DNA of 35,203 nucleotides from Candidatus Thorarchaeota archaeon (lineage in GTDB: Archaea; Asgardarchaeota; Thorarchaeia; Thorarchaeales; Thorarchaeaceae): assembly GCA_048884965.1 (NCBI GenBank), contig JBHLQH010000003.1:1-35203 (forward strand). Reading direction: 5' to 3'. A program made the position numbers and the translations under genes. The notes below the pieces were generated by a model, which saw only the letters and a list, made by a program, of their open reading frames with translations, did no database searches and was not told where the DNA came from. Position 1 is the stretch's first letter; each line of letters starts with the position of its first letter. Below, in pieces: positions 17,732 through 27,084 of this stretch.

Positions 17732-17980
17732 ATGAGCTATGATGAGGATGTCGCTCCTAGAAGCAGGCCAAAGAGTGTGTTGACGAATGATGATGCCCTC
17801 AAGCTCATGATTCTAATACTTTCATTACTCATGATAGTAATTGGTCTCCCATCGTTGTTCTCAGGCATCTATGAAAATCCACTTCCTGGAATTGCATTGT
17901 TTGGATTCCTCGCAATCATTCTCACACTTTTCTACATGACTAATCAAATACGAAGAACTCAAGAAATGTGGAATGTCTGA
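17732..17980 (+). CDS. Small two-TM membrane protein
   Basis: ATG 17732 after GGTGA; 82 aa with two hydrophobic helices. The track's upstream extension overlaps the previous gene. Confidence 0.7.
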   Translation: MSYDEDVAPRSRPKSVLTNDDALKLMILILSLLMIVIGLPSLFSGIYENPLPGIALFGFLAIILTLFYMTNQIRRTQEMWNV

Positions 17981-18060
17981 ATTGATAGAACCTCTCACAA
18001 GACTTCGTCAATCAAAAATTCCATAAACAAAAGGAAGACAATTACAATGGGGAATCGTAA

Positions 18061-18711
18061 TTGAATCAAAACGAACCTATACTCGAACAATCGAAGGGGA
18101 CTTTGAGCCCTCTTGCTGTAGCAGCAATCATGTTATTTGTCGCTGTTATTGGTCCAATAGCTGCAATGTATATGGCATATGAATGGAGCACTCAATTCCA
18201 AATAGTGGCATCGCTTTGGGCGATATATTATTACTCCGACCCCTTTTTCTATGAATACGGCTCAAATTTTACTTTTTCTTTCACTCCATACATTTTCTTT
18301 AGTACCTTGCCTGTAGTATTCATACGATATGTCTTTGTCTTCATGATGTACCGTTATTTCTCCGGAAAGACTACTCGCAAACGAGCTATTATTACTGGAG
18401 TCGCTTCTGAGATACAGCTCCCCGCGTTGTACTTAATCCTGATGATTCCATCGTTCCTCTTCACTCCTCCTGGAGGATATTTCTTCTTCCCCTTGATATT
18501 TCCTGTACCTGTGTTGTTCGTTGTTGGATACGCCATCATCAGATTCAGACCTCCTCCTGAAGATGAAACCTGGATTGATAAAGAGGTTGCAAAACAGTGG
18601 TGGGACTCATCAGCTGCCGTTTCTGAGGATGCTCCCGTTGAATCTCCTGTCTCAGATGACCCGGCACCTCAGGAAACGAAGGATGATTGGCTGGTAGATA
18701 CCCGACGGTAG
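18061..18711 (+). CDS. Hypothetical multi-pass membrane protein with acidic C-terminal tail
   Basis: 4-5 hydrophobic segments; tail RPPPEDETW...DDWLVDTRR. Confidence 0.8.
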   Translation: MNQNEPILEQSKGTLSPLAVAAIMLFVAVIGPIAAMYMAYEWSTQFQIVASLWAIYYYSDPFFYEYGSNFTFSFTPYIFFSTLPVVFIRYVFVFMMYRYFSGKTTRKRAIITGVASEIQLPALYLILMIPSFLFTPPGGYFFFPLIFPVPVLFVVGYAIIRFRPPPEDETWIDKEVAKQWWDSSAAVSEDAPVESPVSDDPAPQETKDDWLVDTRR

Positions 18712-18762
18712 CTAGACCTGTTCTAGCATTTTACTAGGCGCTATTCAGGCCTGTGATCATAT

Positions 18763-19131
18763 CTACTCTTGATTGAATTGAAGCAATTCAACGAGATTGC
18801 CTGAAGGGTCTCTCATTACGTTGAATAAACCCGCGACAAATTCCTGTGGCTTAGCGTGGATGAAATCCACTCCCTTTGTCTTGAGATCCTTCATGGTAGA
18901 CACAATATCCTTTGCTTCGACACATACTACGATTTGAGGTGTCCCAATCTCTCTTATCGGTGATTTTCCATCCACCTGTTCAAGAATGAGTGTTGGCCCC
19001 TCATTCTCAAGTCGCACGATACATCCGTTTGCATACCGCTGTGCTTCCTTGAATCCAAGCTTAGTACAATAGAACTCCACTGCGGCATCTATGTCATCTA
19101 CATAGATACCTATTACTACAACACTAGTCAC
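18763..19131 (-). CDS. VOC/glyoxalase-family protein
   Basis: IYVDDIDAAVEFYCTKLGF ... RDPSGNLVELLQ. Confidence 0.92.
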   Translation of the reverse strand: MTSVVVIGIYVDDIDAAVEFYCTKLGFKEAQRYANGCIVRLENEGPTLILEQVDGKSPIREIGTPQIVVCVEAKDIVSTMKDLKTKGVDFIHAKPQEFVAGLFNVMRDPSGNLVELLQFNQE

Positions 19132-19221
19132 AATTTTACACTCCAGACCTCCGCATAAACATCTTTTACGATTAAAACTTCTTTTTCAAGCAGATAGGTT
19201 CTAAAATCTGAATTGAATGAG

Positions 19222-19410
19222 TCACGATCTTCTTCCGCCGACTTTGAACAATGCGAAGATACCGATGAATAGATTGACTCCGAAAGTTGCGACAAAGAAG
19301 AGAGCAATGTTTTCGAGCTCTGGGCTGACCAATGAAACGACGGTGATTATTAGCAATGCTAACATCAGAGCTGTTAGGCCAACAATTGTCGCTCTGATTC
19401 TCCAGCCCAT
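19222..19410 (-). CDS. Small two-TM membrane protein
   Basis: 62 aa, two hydrophobic helices, basic C-terminus, GAGG upstream; fills the gap between two minus-strand genes. Confidence 0.65.
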   Translation of the reverse strand: MGWRIRATIVGLTALMLALLIITVVSLVSPELENIALFFVATFGVNLFIGIFALFKVGGRRS

Positions 19411-19498
19411 ATTAAATCCTCATCTCTATTCTTGGATATCCCGCAATATCAATTAGCTGCCCTATCCACCATCCTACTACAAGTCATTCAATTGCACG

Positions 19499-20761
19499 TT
19501 AGCCAATATACTCGTCCATATTCACGACTCTATTCTCGACACGAGCTCTCTCAGTTGCAAAGACCATTAGATGTGACTCAAGAGTTTCTTCTGGTCCGGA
19601 AAGGATGATATCTGGATTATTCTCCAGAAGGGCTGATACGAAGGAATGCATGAGCCAATAGTCACCACCGCCATGACCTTCAAGGGCAGTTGCTTCAGAA
19701 GATGTGTCATAGACTTCTGTCTTATTCGACAGAAAATCGTGAACATGAATCTTGGTTCCATCACCATATATCTCTCCAAGAGTTCCAAAGATCCTAGTTT
19801 CTCGTTGTCTAGCCCTTGTGAAAGCTGTCATCGTGAATGAAGATGTAGTGCCACCTTCAAATTCCATATTGACAATCTGATGATCTACAACATCATTATC
19901 GCACTCATAGACACATCTACCATACGGACCCTCACGAAGCGCGATCAGAAGACTCTCCTTGGTAGGATTGGGTGCTACAACGCTCACAGGCCATCCTTTT
20001 TTCCCTTGCTCAATGAAACCTAGATATATTCTCTTTGCTGAATAGGGACACTTAGGCTCATGTGCACAATCTAGACATCTTTGTGCGGCATTCACTGGTT
20101 TGTTGTCTTTCTTGAAATGAATTAGGGATCCGAAAGAAGAAACCTTCACACATTTTTTGCCAATGATATATCGAATCCAATCGAGATCATGACAGGATTT
20201 TGCGAGCAACATGAACGACGACTCATCTGCTCTTCTCCAGTTTCCTCTAACAAAAGAATGTGCCTGATGCCAGTACCCAACAGGCTCTAATCTATGCATG
20301 TCGATTATTTCCCCTATAGCTCCCGAATCTAGTATTTCCTTTAGCTTCTGAGTGAATCGTGTATACCTTAGGACATGTCCTACGGAAAAAATCACTCGAT
20401 TATCGAGCGCGGCTTGGACTATTCTCTTGCACCCCTTCTCATCAGGAGCCATTGGTTTTTCCAAGAGGATATGATATCCCTTGTTTGCGAAGGCGACAGC
20501 TGGATCAGTATGAAGTGCATCAGGTGTAGTGATTAATACTGCATCTGCGAATCTCTCACGTTCTGCTACTTCTCTCCAATCCTTGAATACGTTCCTTTGA
20601 GGAATCGAATGAGCATTTGCCATTTGCATTCGGTGGTAGTCTCTCGGCTCGGCAACCCCTACGATTTGAGCTCTATCAGGATGTTGTAAGGCATATCCTG
20701 CATAGGTTTCACCGCGATCACCTGCACCAACTATAATGAGTGTTACTGGATTCATTACCAA
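19499..20761 (-). CDS. Gfo/Idh/MocA-family NAD(P)-dependent oxidoreductase
   Basis: IVGAGDRG Rossmann motif; LLEKPMA; HSFVRGNWR; LLAKSCHDLD; GHGGGD. Confidence 0.93.
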   Translation of the reverse strand: MVMNPVTLIIVGAGDRGETYAGYALQHPDRAQIVGVAEPRDYHRMQMANAHSIPQRNVFKDWREVAERERFADAVLITTPDALHTDPAVAFANKGYHILLEKPMAPDEKGCKRIVQAALDNRVIFSVGHVLRYTRFTQKLKEILDSGAIGEIIDMHRLEPVGYWHQAHSFVRGNWRRADESSFMLLAKSCHDLDWIRYIIGKKCVKVSSFGSLIHFKKDNKPVNAAQRCLDCAHEPKCPYSAKRIYLGFIEQGKKGWPVSVVAPNPTKESLLIALREGPYGRCVYECDNDVVDHQIVNMEFEGGTTSSFTMTAFTRARQRETRIFGTLGEIYGDGTKIHVHDFLSNKTEVYDTSSEATALEGHGGGDYWLMHSFVSALLENNPDIILSGPEETLESHLMVFATERARVENRVVNMDEYIG

Positions 20762-20858
20762 GCACCAACAGATTATCGAGAAGGTATCAAGGCATCCTTC
20801 CTTTCAATCTGTTCCTCCCAGTGGTAAGAGGTATAAGCAGTGTATCTTTCATAGTACG

Positions 20859-21803
20859 ATGATATCCATGACGGAACGTCTACTCTCACTAGATGATCTA
20901 ACAAATGACATCGTTATCTCGCATGTTGAAGATGATAGTGTGATTAATGCTCTGGCGACCGATGGCGATTTGCTTTATTCTGTCAGCTCCACTGGAGTGT
21001 TAGGGACTTGGAGTATGGGAACGCTACGGGAGCTACATGCAGTCAGAATAGGCACTGAGAGTCTATTATGCCTCGCATTAGATCAGGAGTATGTATTCAT
21101 CGGGAGTTCGTACAGTACCGCAGCGATAGCGGTATGGAGAAAGGATGATTTCTCTCCTGTCATCTCTTTCAGAGATGATTTGAGCTCTGTACTCGCTATT
21201 TCTGATAATGGTAGGGAGGTTCTAGCTGCACGTTCAGGTGGTTCTGTGGATTTCTATAGTAAGTCTGAATGGGCAAAGGTCGTATCTCTCCCATCCCAGC
21301 AGAATATCGCAACGGCTCTTGCGGTTGATGACGAGTACATCTATGTAGGAGGCATCGACGACTTTGTCACTGTCTTCAAGAGGCAGGACTTCTCTCACGT
21401 GGTAAATTTGGAGGGTCATGATGCCGATATCTTCTGTCTTTTCTCCGATGGGGATTATTTGCTATCAGGATCAGGAGAGGTTTGGTGGGGAGGACCTGGT
21501 TCTCCGCGGCCTCCATCCTTTGAGAGTGCAGTGCGAATTTGGAAGAAAGGTACCTGGGAATGTGTCAGGGTCCTTGAGGGTCATGAAGATAATGTGAATG
21601 GGATAGCTGCAGATGATGAGAGGATATATTCAATCTCAGACGATGGCACCCTACGATCATATTTGAAGTCTGATTGGACGCAGACAGTCCTTCCCCTTAG
21701 CTCACGTCCTCTCAAATCAGTGATAAGTAATAATGAGTATTTGTATACCTGCGACGGCGCTGGACGTATAATGAAGGTTGCAAAGAGTGTATTCAAAGAT
21801 TGA
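20859..21803 (+). CDS. WD40-repeat beta-propeller protein
   Basis: About seven ~40-aa repeats, e.g. LEGHDADIFCLFSDGDYLLSGS...VRIWK and LEGHEDNVNGIAADDERIYSISDDGTLRSY. Start 20859 or 20868. Confidence 0.88.
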   Translation: MISMTERLLSLDDLTNDIVISHVEDDSVINALATDGDLLYSVSSTGVLGTWSMGTLRELHAVRIGTESLLCLALDQEYVFIGSSYSTAAIAVWRKDDFSPVISFRDDLSSVLAISDNGREVLAARSGGSVDFYSKSEWAKVVSLPSQQNIATALAVDDEYIYVGGIDDFVTVFKRQDFSHVVNLEGHDADIFCLFSDGDYLLSGSGEVWWGGPGSPRPPSFESAVRIWKKGTWECVRVLEGHEDNVNGIAADDERIYSISDDGTLRSYLKSDWTQTVLPLSSRPLKSVISNNEYLYTCDGAGRIMKVAKSVFKD

Positions 21804-21856
21804 GTTGGTATGATATCAGTAGGACTACAGTTATCAGATGACCTTTCATTGACCAG

Positions 21857-22561
21857 ATGATATCCATGAGTAAGGGTGTACAGAGGATTTTCTCTGAGGC
21901 AGCACGGACCTATGAGATGATAAACCATCTTCTGACCTTTGGTTTGGACATCTTACTTCGGAGGAAAGCAGCACATATCGCATCTGCAGTAGGAGGTCTT
22001 CGCTGGCTAGATGTCTGCAGTGGGACTGGAGAGATGGCTGCAAGCTTGAATCACGTTGCCAAAGATAACACTCAGATTGTATCTTCTGATTTCTCCATTG
22101 ACATGCTTCGACAAGCAAAGGAGAAACCTGCATTCGATACTATTATGCAGACCCTGGCTGATTCAGGGGCTCTCCCATTCAAGGATGACATGTTTGACCT
22201 CATCACGATCTCGTATGCGACTCGCAACCTGAATCCCACACAGGCACAACTCACGAAATACCTCAAAGAGTTCAGACGTGTTCTAAAACCTGGCGGCATT
22301 TTCATCAACCTAGAAACAAGTCAGCCGTCATCACGTATCATTCGGTTCTTGTATCATCTCTATATTCGAGTAGCTGTTCGAAGACTGGGAGAAATGATTT
22401 CAGGTTCAAGAACTGGCTATGCCTACTTGTCCTACACTATACCAAGATTCTACAATGTTTTGGAATTTGCTAAACTCATCAAGATGGCAGGATTTTCGGA
22501 TATCAAGTATCTGAGGTTCTTTCTTGGAATCTTTGCCATCCATCAAGCAACAAAGACCTAA
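21857..22561 (+). CDS. menG: UbiE/MenG-family SAM-dependent methyltransferase
   Basis: FSEAARTYEMINHLLTFGLD; LDVCSGTG; DFSIDML; LPFKDDMFD; RVLKPGG; YAYLSYTIPRF. Confidence 0.8.
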   Translation: MISMSKGVQRIFSEAARTYEMINHLLTFGLDILLRRKAAHIASAVGGLRWLDVCSGTGEMAASLNHVAKDNTQIVSSDFSIDMLRQAKEKPAFDTIMQTLADSGALPFKDDMFDLITISYATRNLNPTQAQLTKYLKEFRRVLKPGGIFINLETSQPSSRIIRFLYHLYIRVAVRRLGEMISGSRTGYAYLSYTIPRFYNVLEFAKLIKMAGFSDIKYLRFFLGIFAIHQATKT

Positions 22562-22610
22562 GATGATCGGTCCCCAAAAAGGACATCTTTGCGATTATTG
22601 GTGCGGCGGT

Positions 22611-25600
22611 CTACACCTCGCATGTAGGACAACCTCCAACGTAGAGAACCTGGGTATCAAGAGAGCCATCTCTGAACACGGTTATTCCCTTCAGCTTCAT
22701 CTCATCCGCCATTCTGAAGATTATCTCCACTTCCTTGGTAGTTGCGCTTTTTGGAAGATTGACAGTCTTACTTACTGCATTATCAACATGCTCCTGAAAG
22801 GCTGCTTGCATACGTATGTGCCATTCAGGGTCAATCTCATGAGCTGTTTTGAACACCTCTTTCACATCTTCAGGGACTACATCGATATGTTGTACCGATC
22901 CTGTCCTTGCTATCTCCCGCTCAATCGTTTCAGTCCAGAATCCTCTCTTCTCTGCGACTGATCTAAAATGATCGTTCACGTCTGTTAGTGCAATTCCCTC
23001 GGCAAGCATTCGACTATGGGTAATCGCAAAGAGCGGTTCAATTCCACTTGTGGTTTGAGCTATCAAACTGATACTTCCAGTAGGTGCAATCGTAATCAAT
23101 GTGGCATTCCTTTTCCAAGTATTTCGATCCTTCAAATAGGCGAAATTCTCGAAATTCCCCCGTATCTTTGCCAATTCTACTGACGCACGCTCGGCCTTCT
23201 GCCGAATGAAGGACATAACCTCTCCAGCTTTCTCAAGTGCATTCTCGGAGTCATATGGTATTCCTAGAGTTATCAGAAAATCTGCCCATCCCATGATGCC
23301 TAATCCGATCTTACGATTTGCTTTCGTTGTTCTCTCGATTTCCTCAACAGGATACACATTCAGGTCGATTATATTGTCCAAGAACCTCACTGCTAGTTTT
23401 ACGACCTCTTCCAAGCGTTCCCAGTTGATCCTTCCCTGATCAACCATCTTGGCAAGGTTAATACTTCCCAAGACACATGACTCATATGGTAGAAGGGGTT
23501 GTTCACCACAATTATGGACTACTAAACCATTTGCGACAAATCCGCCCAATGGTGTCCCAATAATATCATAGACGTCCTCTTCGTCTAGCGGAATCAATGT
23601 ATCGAACTGAGCGGTGAATCGTTCTTCATATGGGACTCTTTTTTCAAGAGACACAAGAGATTCAACCAGCTTGTTCTGTTTGTACTCGAGTAGGAATCCA
23701 AGTTGATCACGGAAACGAATCACATTATCTTTTGATATTTTCAATTCGTGATTCGCTGTGATGCCATACTCCTTTTGATCCCCTTTTCCATCTGGCATCA
23801 AGCTTCTTTGATTTCTTCTTCTCTTCTCGTCTATTTTGGATGCAATCCCAAAATTCAGAAGCATGATCTGAACGTTTTTCAATAATGCAAGATTACTTTG
23901 ATTGAGTCGCACAGTGACTCCTTTCTCTTTTTCTCCTTGAACAGAGCCATTCGCAGAAAACAATCCCTGAAGGAATCCTTTCTGGCAGGCTTCTGAAGCA
24001 GCAAGTAGTTGCATTGAGATATTCTTTGATTCAACTCCCCATTCAATGACTAAATCTAGCAGTTTCTTCGATATCACCTCATCTCCCTTTGTACTGCTAA
24101 TAGTAGAAAGATCGGAATCAAGTTCTTCATTCACAATTCTCTGGTAATATTCTACTAGTGGACCTTTGTCTTTATGATGGAATGAGAGTACTGCACCCTT
24201 ATCCTTCCCAGTAGTCCAACCTTCTCCAGCAAACCATCCAAGGATCTGCCCTATATGGAGATTACCCGCAACACCAAATCCTCCTTTCCCATTCTGCAAG
24301 ACTATCCGTTCACCTTTCTTTAGTGCCTGTGCTTCTTTCCATCCATCTTCAGTAAGAACACGATGATCTTTAGTCAGTTTCAGTTCGTATCCTTCCTTAG
24401 TCTTGAGAGAATAGAGAACTTTCCTAGACGTACGTACGGAATTAGGGACTTCCAGAATATTAACGAGTCCGCTACTTGTGGATACGATTGTATCTGAGGA
24501 TACGCAAGGATTAGTTGACTCGATTTCCATTCCATCCAAAGGATGTTCCTGATTTATCCTGTCAATGAAAATAAGCCCTGGATCCCCGGAATTCCATGCG
24601 TTATGCACGATTGCATCGAATATAGCACCAGCACTTATTCTCTTCACAACTTCTCTGTTCTGGGGTGCGATGAGGTCAATCTCTCCATTGTTTCGCAACG
24701 CCTCCATGAACTCATCAGTGATAGCGACTGAGATGTTGAAATTTCTGAAAGAACGCTTGTCCGATTTACATGCAATGAATTCCATGATGTCAGGGTGATC
24801 GCATCTTAGTATGGACATATTTGCTCCACGACGCCTTCCCCCCTGTTTTATCACCTCTGTAGCGGTGTCGTAGATACGCATGAATGAAACAGGTCCGCTC
24901 GCTACACCACCAGTAGTGCCAACAGTAGCCCCAGTTGGTCTCAATCTAGAGAATGAGAATCCTGTACCACCTCCGGATTTTTGTACCATTGCCATGTGCT
25001 TGAGCGAGGTGAAGATAGAGTTCATGTCGTCATGTATCGGTAGAACGAAGCATGCACTACATTGTCCAAGGGGCGTACCTGCATTGAACAGTGTTGGGCT
25101 GTTAGGAAGGAACTCAAGGTTGGCCATCATATCATAGAACAAATCCGCGTATTCATCTTCTTCGGATCCTTCCCCATACAACCTCTCGATACTGGCTGCT
25201 GCAGTAGCAACTCGTTGAAACATCTTTGAAGGAGTTTCCAGTGGGTTTCCTTCTTCATCCTTGAGCAGATACCTCTTCAAAACAGTGGCTGCATTTGGTC
25301 CAAACTTTAAATCATCTACCACTCCGACCTGATGAAGCAGTTTTCTGGCTTCACTGTGTTTCTCTCGATATTTGATATATCGCCTTGCTACTATCGTATA
25401 TCCTCGCAGCATCAGTGTGTCTTCAACTATATCCTGAATGGCTTCGATATGGATCTGTTCCACTTTCCGTTCTTGAATAAGTTGCACGACTTCTCGTGTT
25501 AGTCCCCGTACCGGTGTAGCATCCACTCCTGCTGACTGAAATGCACTCAGGATAGCATTCTCAATCTTATCCTCATCAAATTCAACTATGCGTCCGTCTC

Positions 25601-25616
25601 TCTTCTCAACCTTCAC
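22611..25616 (-). CDS. nrdJ: Class II (adenosylcobalamin-dependent) ribonucleotide reductase with ATP cone, interrupted by an intein
   Basis: ATP cone VEKRDG; FLPNSPTLFNAG; SACFVL; GGGTG; QGGRRRGANM; NP|intein|CGEQPL; ESCVLGS; TIAPTGSIS; C-terminal CPTC. GTG 25616 follows GGAGG (track start 25655). Confidence 0.95.
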   Translation of the reverse strand: MKVEKRDGRIVEFDEDKIENAILSAFQSAGVDATPVRGLTREVVQLIQERKVEQIHIEAIQDIVEDTLMLRGYTIVARRYIKYREKHSEARKLLHQVGVVDDLKFGPNAATVLKRYLLKDEEGNPLETPSKMFQRVATAAASIERLYGEGSEEDEYADLFYDMMANLEFLPNSPTLFNAGTPLGQCSACFVLPIHDDMNSIFTSLKHMAMVQKSGGGTGFSFSRLRPTGATVGTTGGVASGPVSFMRIYDTATEVIKQGGRRRGANMSILRCDHPDIMEFIACKSDKRSFRNFNISVAITDEFMEALRNNGEIDLIAPQNREVVKRISAGAIFDAIVHNAWNSGDPGLIFIDRINQEHPLDGMEIESTNPCVSSDTIVSTSSGLVNILEVPNSVRTSRKVLYSLKTKEGYELKLTKDHRVLTEDGWKEAQALKKGERIVLQNGKGGFGVAGNLHIGQILGWFAGEGWTTGKDKGAVLSFHHKDKGPLVEYYQRIVNEELDSDLSTISSTKGDEVISKKLLDLVIEWGVESKNISMQLLAASEACQKGFLQGLFSANGSVQGEKEKGVTVRLNQSNLALLKNVQIMLLNFGIASKIDEKRRRNQRSLMPDGKGDQKEYGITANHELKISKDNVIRFRDQLGFLLEYKQNKLVESLVSLEKRVPYEERFTAQFDTLIPLDEEDVYDIIGTPLGGFVANGLVVHNCGEQPLLPYESCVLGSINLAKMVDQGRINWERLEEVVKLAVRFLDNIIDLNVYPVEEIERTTKANRKIGLGIMGWADFLITLGIPYDSENALEKAGEVMSFIRQKAERASVELAKIRGNFENFAYLKDRNTWKRNATLITIAPTGSISLIAQTTSGIEPLFAITHSRMLAEGIALTDVNDHFRSVAEKRGFWTETIEREIARTGSVQHIDVVPEDVKEVFKTAHEIDPEWHIRMQAAFQEHVDNAVSKTVNLPKSATTKEVEIIFRMADEMKLKGITVFRDGSLDTQVLYVGGCPTCEV
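23511..24506 (-). mobile_element. Intein (332 aa) with LAGLIDADG-type homing endonuclease domain in nrdJ
   Basis: STNP|CVSSDT (block A); LTKDH (block B); LGWFAGEG and LQGLFSANG (LAGLIDADG-like blocks); VYDI (block F); VVHN|CGEQ (block G). Confidence 0.93.
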
Positions 25617-25793
25617 AGTATGACCTCCCGACGACCATTTCCTACTTGACCTCATTCTTGAGTACGAGCAGGAGAATTTATGCTCCTCTCTAATTCCTGC
25701 TTTTTGAATTTTAGCTCACAGATCATTGAAGAATCAATGAGGTCCCCTTAGAAACTCTTAATAACAGAAATTAACTATAGTTTATTGATTATT

Positions 25794-26099
25794 ATGACAT
25801 ATGTAATGCTATACAAGACTAAGGTGAAACCTGAAAAAATCGAGAGAATGAAGGAGCTTAGTGCTCAATTCTTTGAGATATACAAAGAGCATGATATTGA
25901 GGTACTCGGGCACTGGTCTCGCATCGACAAGCCAACAACCAACTACCTGATGATACAGTATGCTAGTGAGGCCGACTATGCTTCAAAGGTCGAGAAACTC
26001 AAGAGTGATGAAAGATATCAAAGTCTTTCAGTAGAACTGAATCAGATTCGTGAGGACTTCAAGATGAAAAGACTGGTTCCTACTGGAGTAATGTCCTAG
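25794..26099 (+). CDS. NIPSNAP-family (dimeric alpha-beta barrel) protein
   Basis: YKTKVKPEK...YKEHDIEVLGHW...YLMIQYASE...RLVPT. Confidence 0.75.
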   Translation: MTYVMLYKTKVKPEKIERMKELSAQFFEIYKEHDIEVLGHWSRIDKPTTNYLMIQYASEADYASKVEKLKSDERYQSLSVELNQIREDFKMKRLVPTGVMS

Positions 26100-26198
26100 A
26101 TATACAGTTAGCAGGGCTGCATAGTATATCCGTTCCTAAAAACAATGAAACTCATATACAATTCACTTCTATCTAAATCATCGTCAAGGTGATTTCGG

Positions 26199-27011
26199 AT
26201 GTGCGATCTGCTTGGTATGTCTTTTTCGAATGAGGTTCGTGCAGGAATATCTCTGAACCTTTTCCAGATACGGGGCAAAGAGAACCCCGATGGTTGGGGA
26301 TTAGCCTTCTACAAGGATAGTTATCTCCAGATAATCAAGGAAGCAAAATCTGCTACTCAAAGCACGTTGTATGATTTTATAGAACGCTATCCTCAATCTG
26401 ATACATTCATCTCACATGTTAGACGGTCTACTAGAGGGCAACCTAGCTATGTTAACACACATCCCTTCTATAGAGTCCTAGAAACAGGCGGGATACGCAG
26501 AGAGTACTGCTTCGCGCATAATGGGACACTAACTGATACTAGTATGTTGCAGCTGACGTATCAATCACCTTTAGGGTCGACTGACTCTGAGCTTCTCTTC
26601 TGTTATCTCTTGGAACGGATCAAAGAACGTGATCCTCGTGTCTGGAAAACGGATGACTTTCAATATATGGAGGGAGTGCTTCAAGAGATTAATAGTCAAG
26701 AAAACACGTTGAATTGTATGATGTCTGACGGAGAGTATCTTGTCTGTTACTCTGATGAGAATCAACACAATGGCGGATTGAGGTTCGCTCCGCACAAGCA
26801 TCCATACGGTCTCATGGATTTTGTGGAGGAAGGAACAACTCTTGGTACCGTTGATATCCAAGGTGCAAATGTCGGGGGCATGGAGCCATCCCCCTCCTCT
26901 GGATATATTGTTGTGACTAGAGAACTAGTCAGTCCGCTTTGGACCGAGTTTGACCGGGGACAGCTGATGGTATTCAAGCACGGAGAGATAGTATACCGGG
27001 GGCGTCCCTGA
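26199..27011 (+). CDS. Class II glutamine amidotransferase (YafJ/EgtC/Dug3-like Ntn hydrolase)
   Basis: N-terminal MC; NPDGWG; SHVRRST; NTHPF; FAHNG; GSTDSE; GGTGA SD. Confidence 0.92.
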   Translation: MCDLLGMSFSNEVRAGISLNLFQIRGKENPDGWGLAFYKDSYLQIIKEAKSATQSTLYDFIERYPQSDTFISHVRRSTRGQPSYVNTHPFYRVLETGGIRREYCFAHNGTLTDTSMLQLTYQSPLGSTDSELLFCYLLERIKERDPRVWKTDDFQYMEGVLQEINSQENTLNCMMSDGEYLVCYSDENQHNGGLRFAPHKHPYGLMDFVEEGTTLGTVDIQGANVGGMEPSPSSGYIVVTRELVSPLWTEFDRGQLMVFKHGEIVYRGRP

Positions 27012-27084
27012 CATCATTTCACATAAATGATGGCTCAAGCGTGAATGCATCACGCTCATATTCGTTCATGGTCTTACTACTAGC

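Noticed and set aside
25617-25790. Cobalamin riboswitch upstream of nrdJ
   Set aside because: No B12-box or GGGAA core was recognisable.
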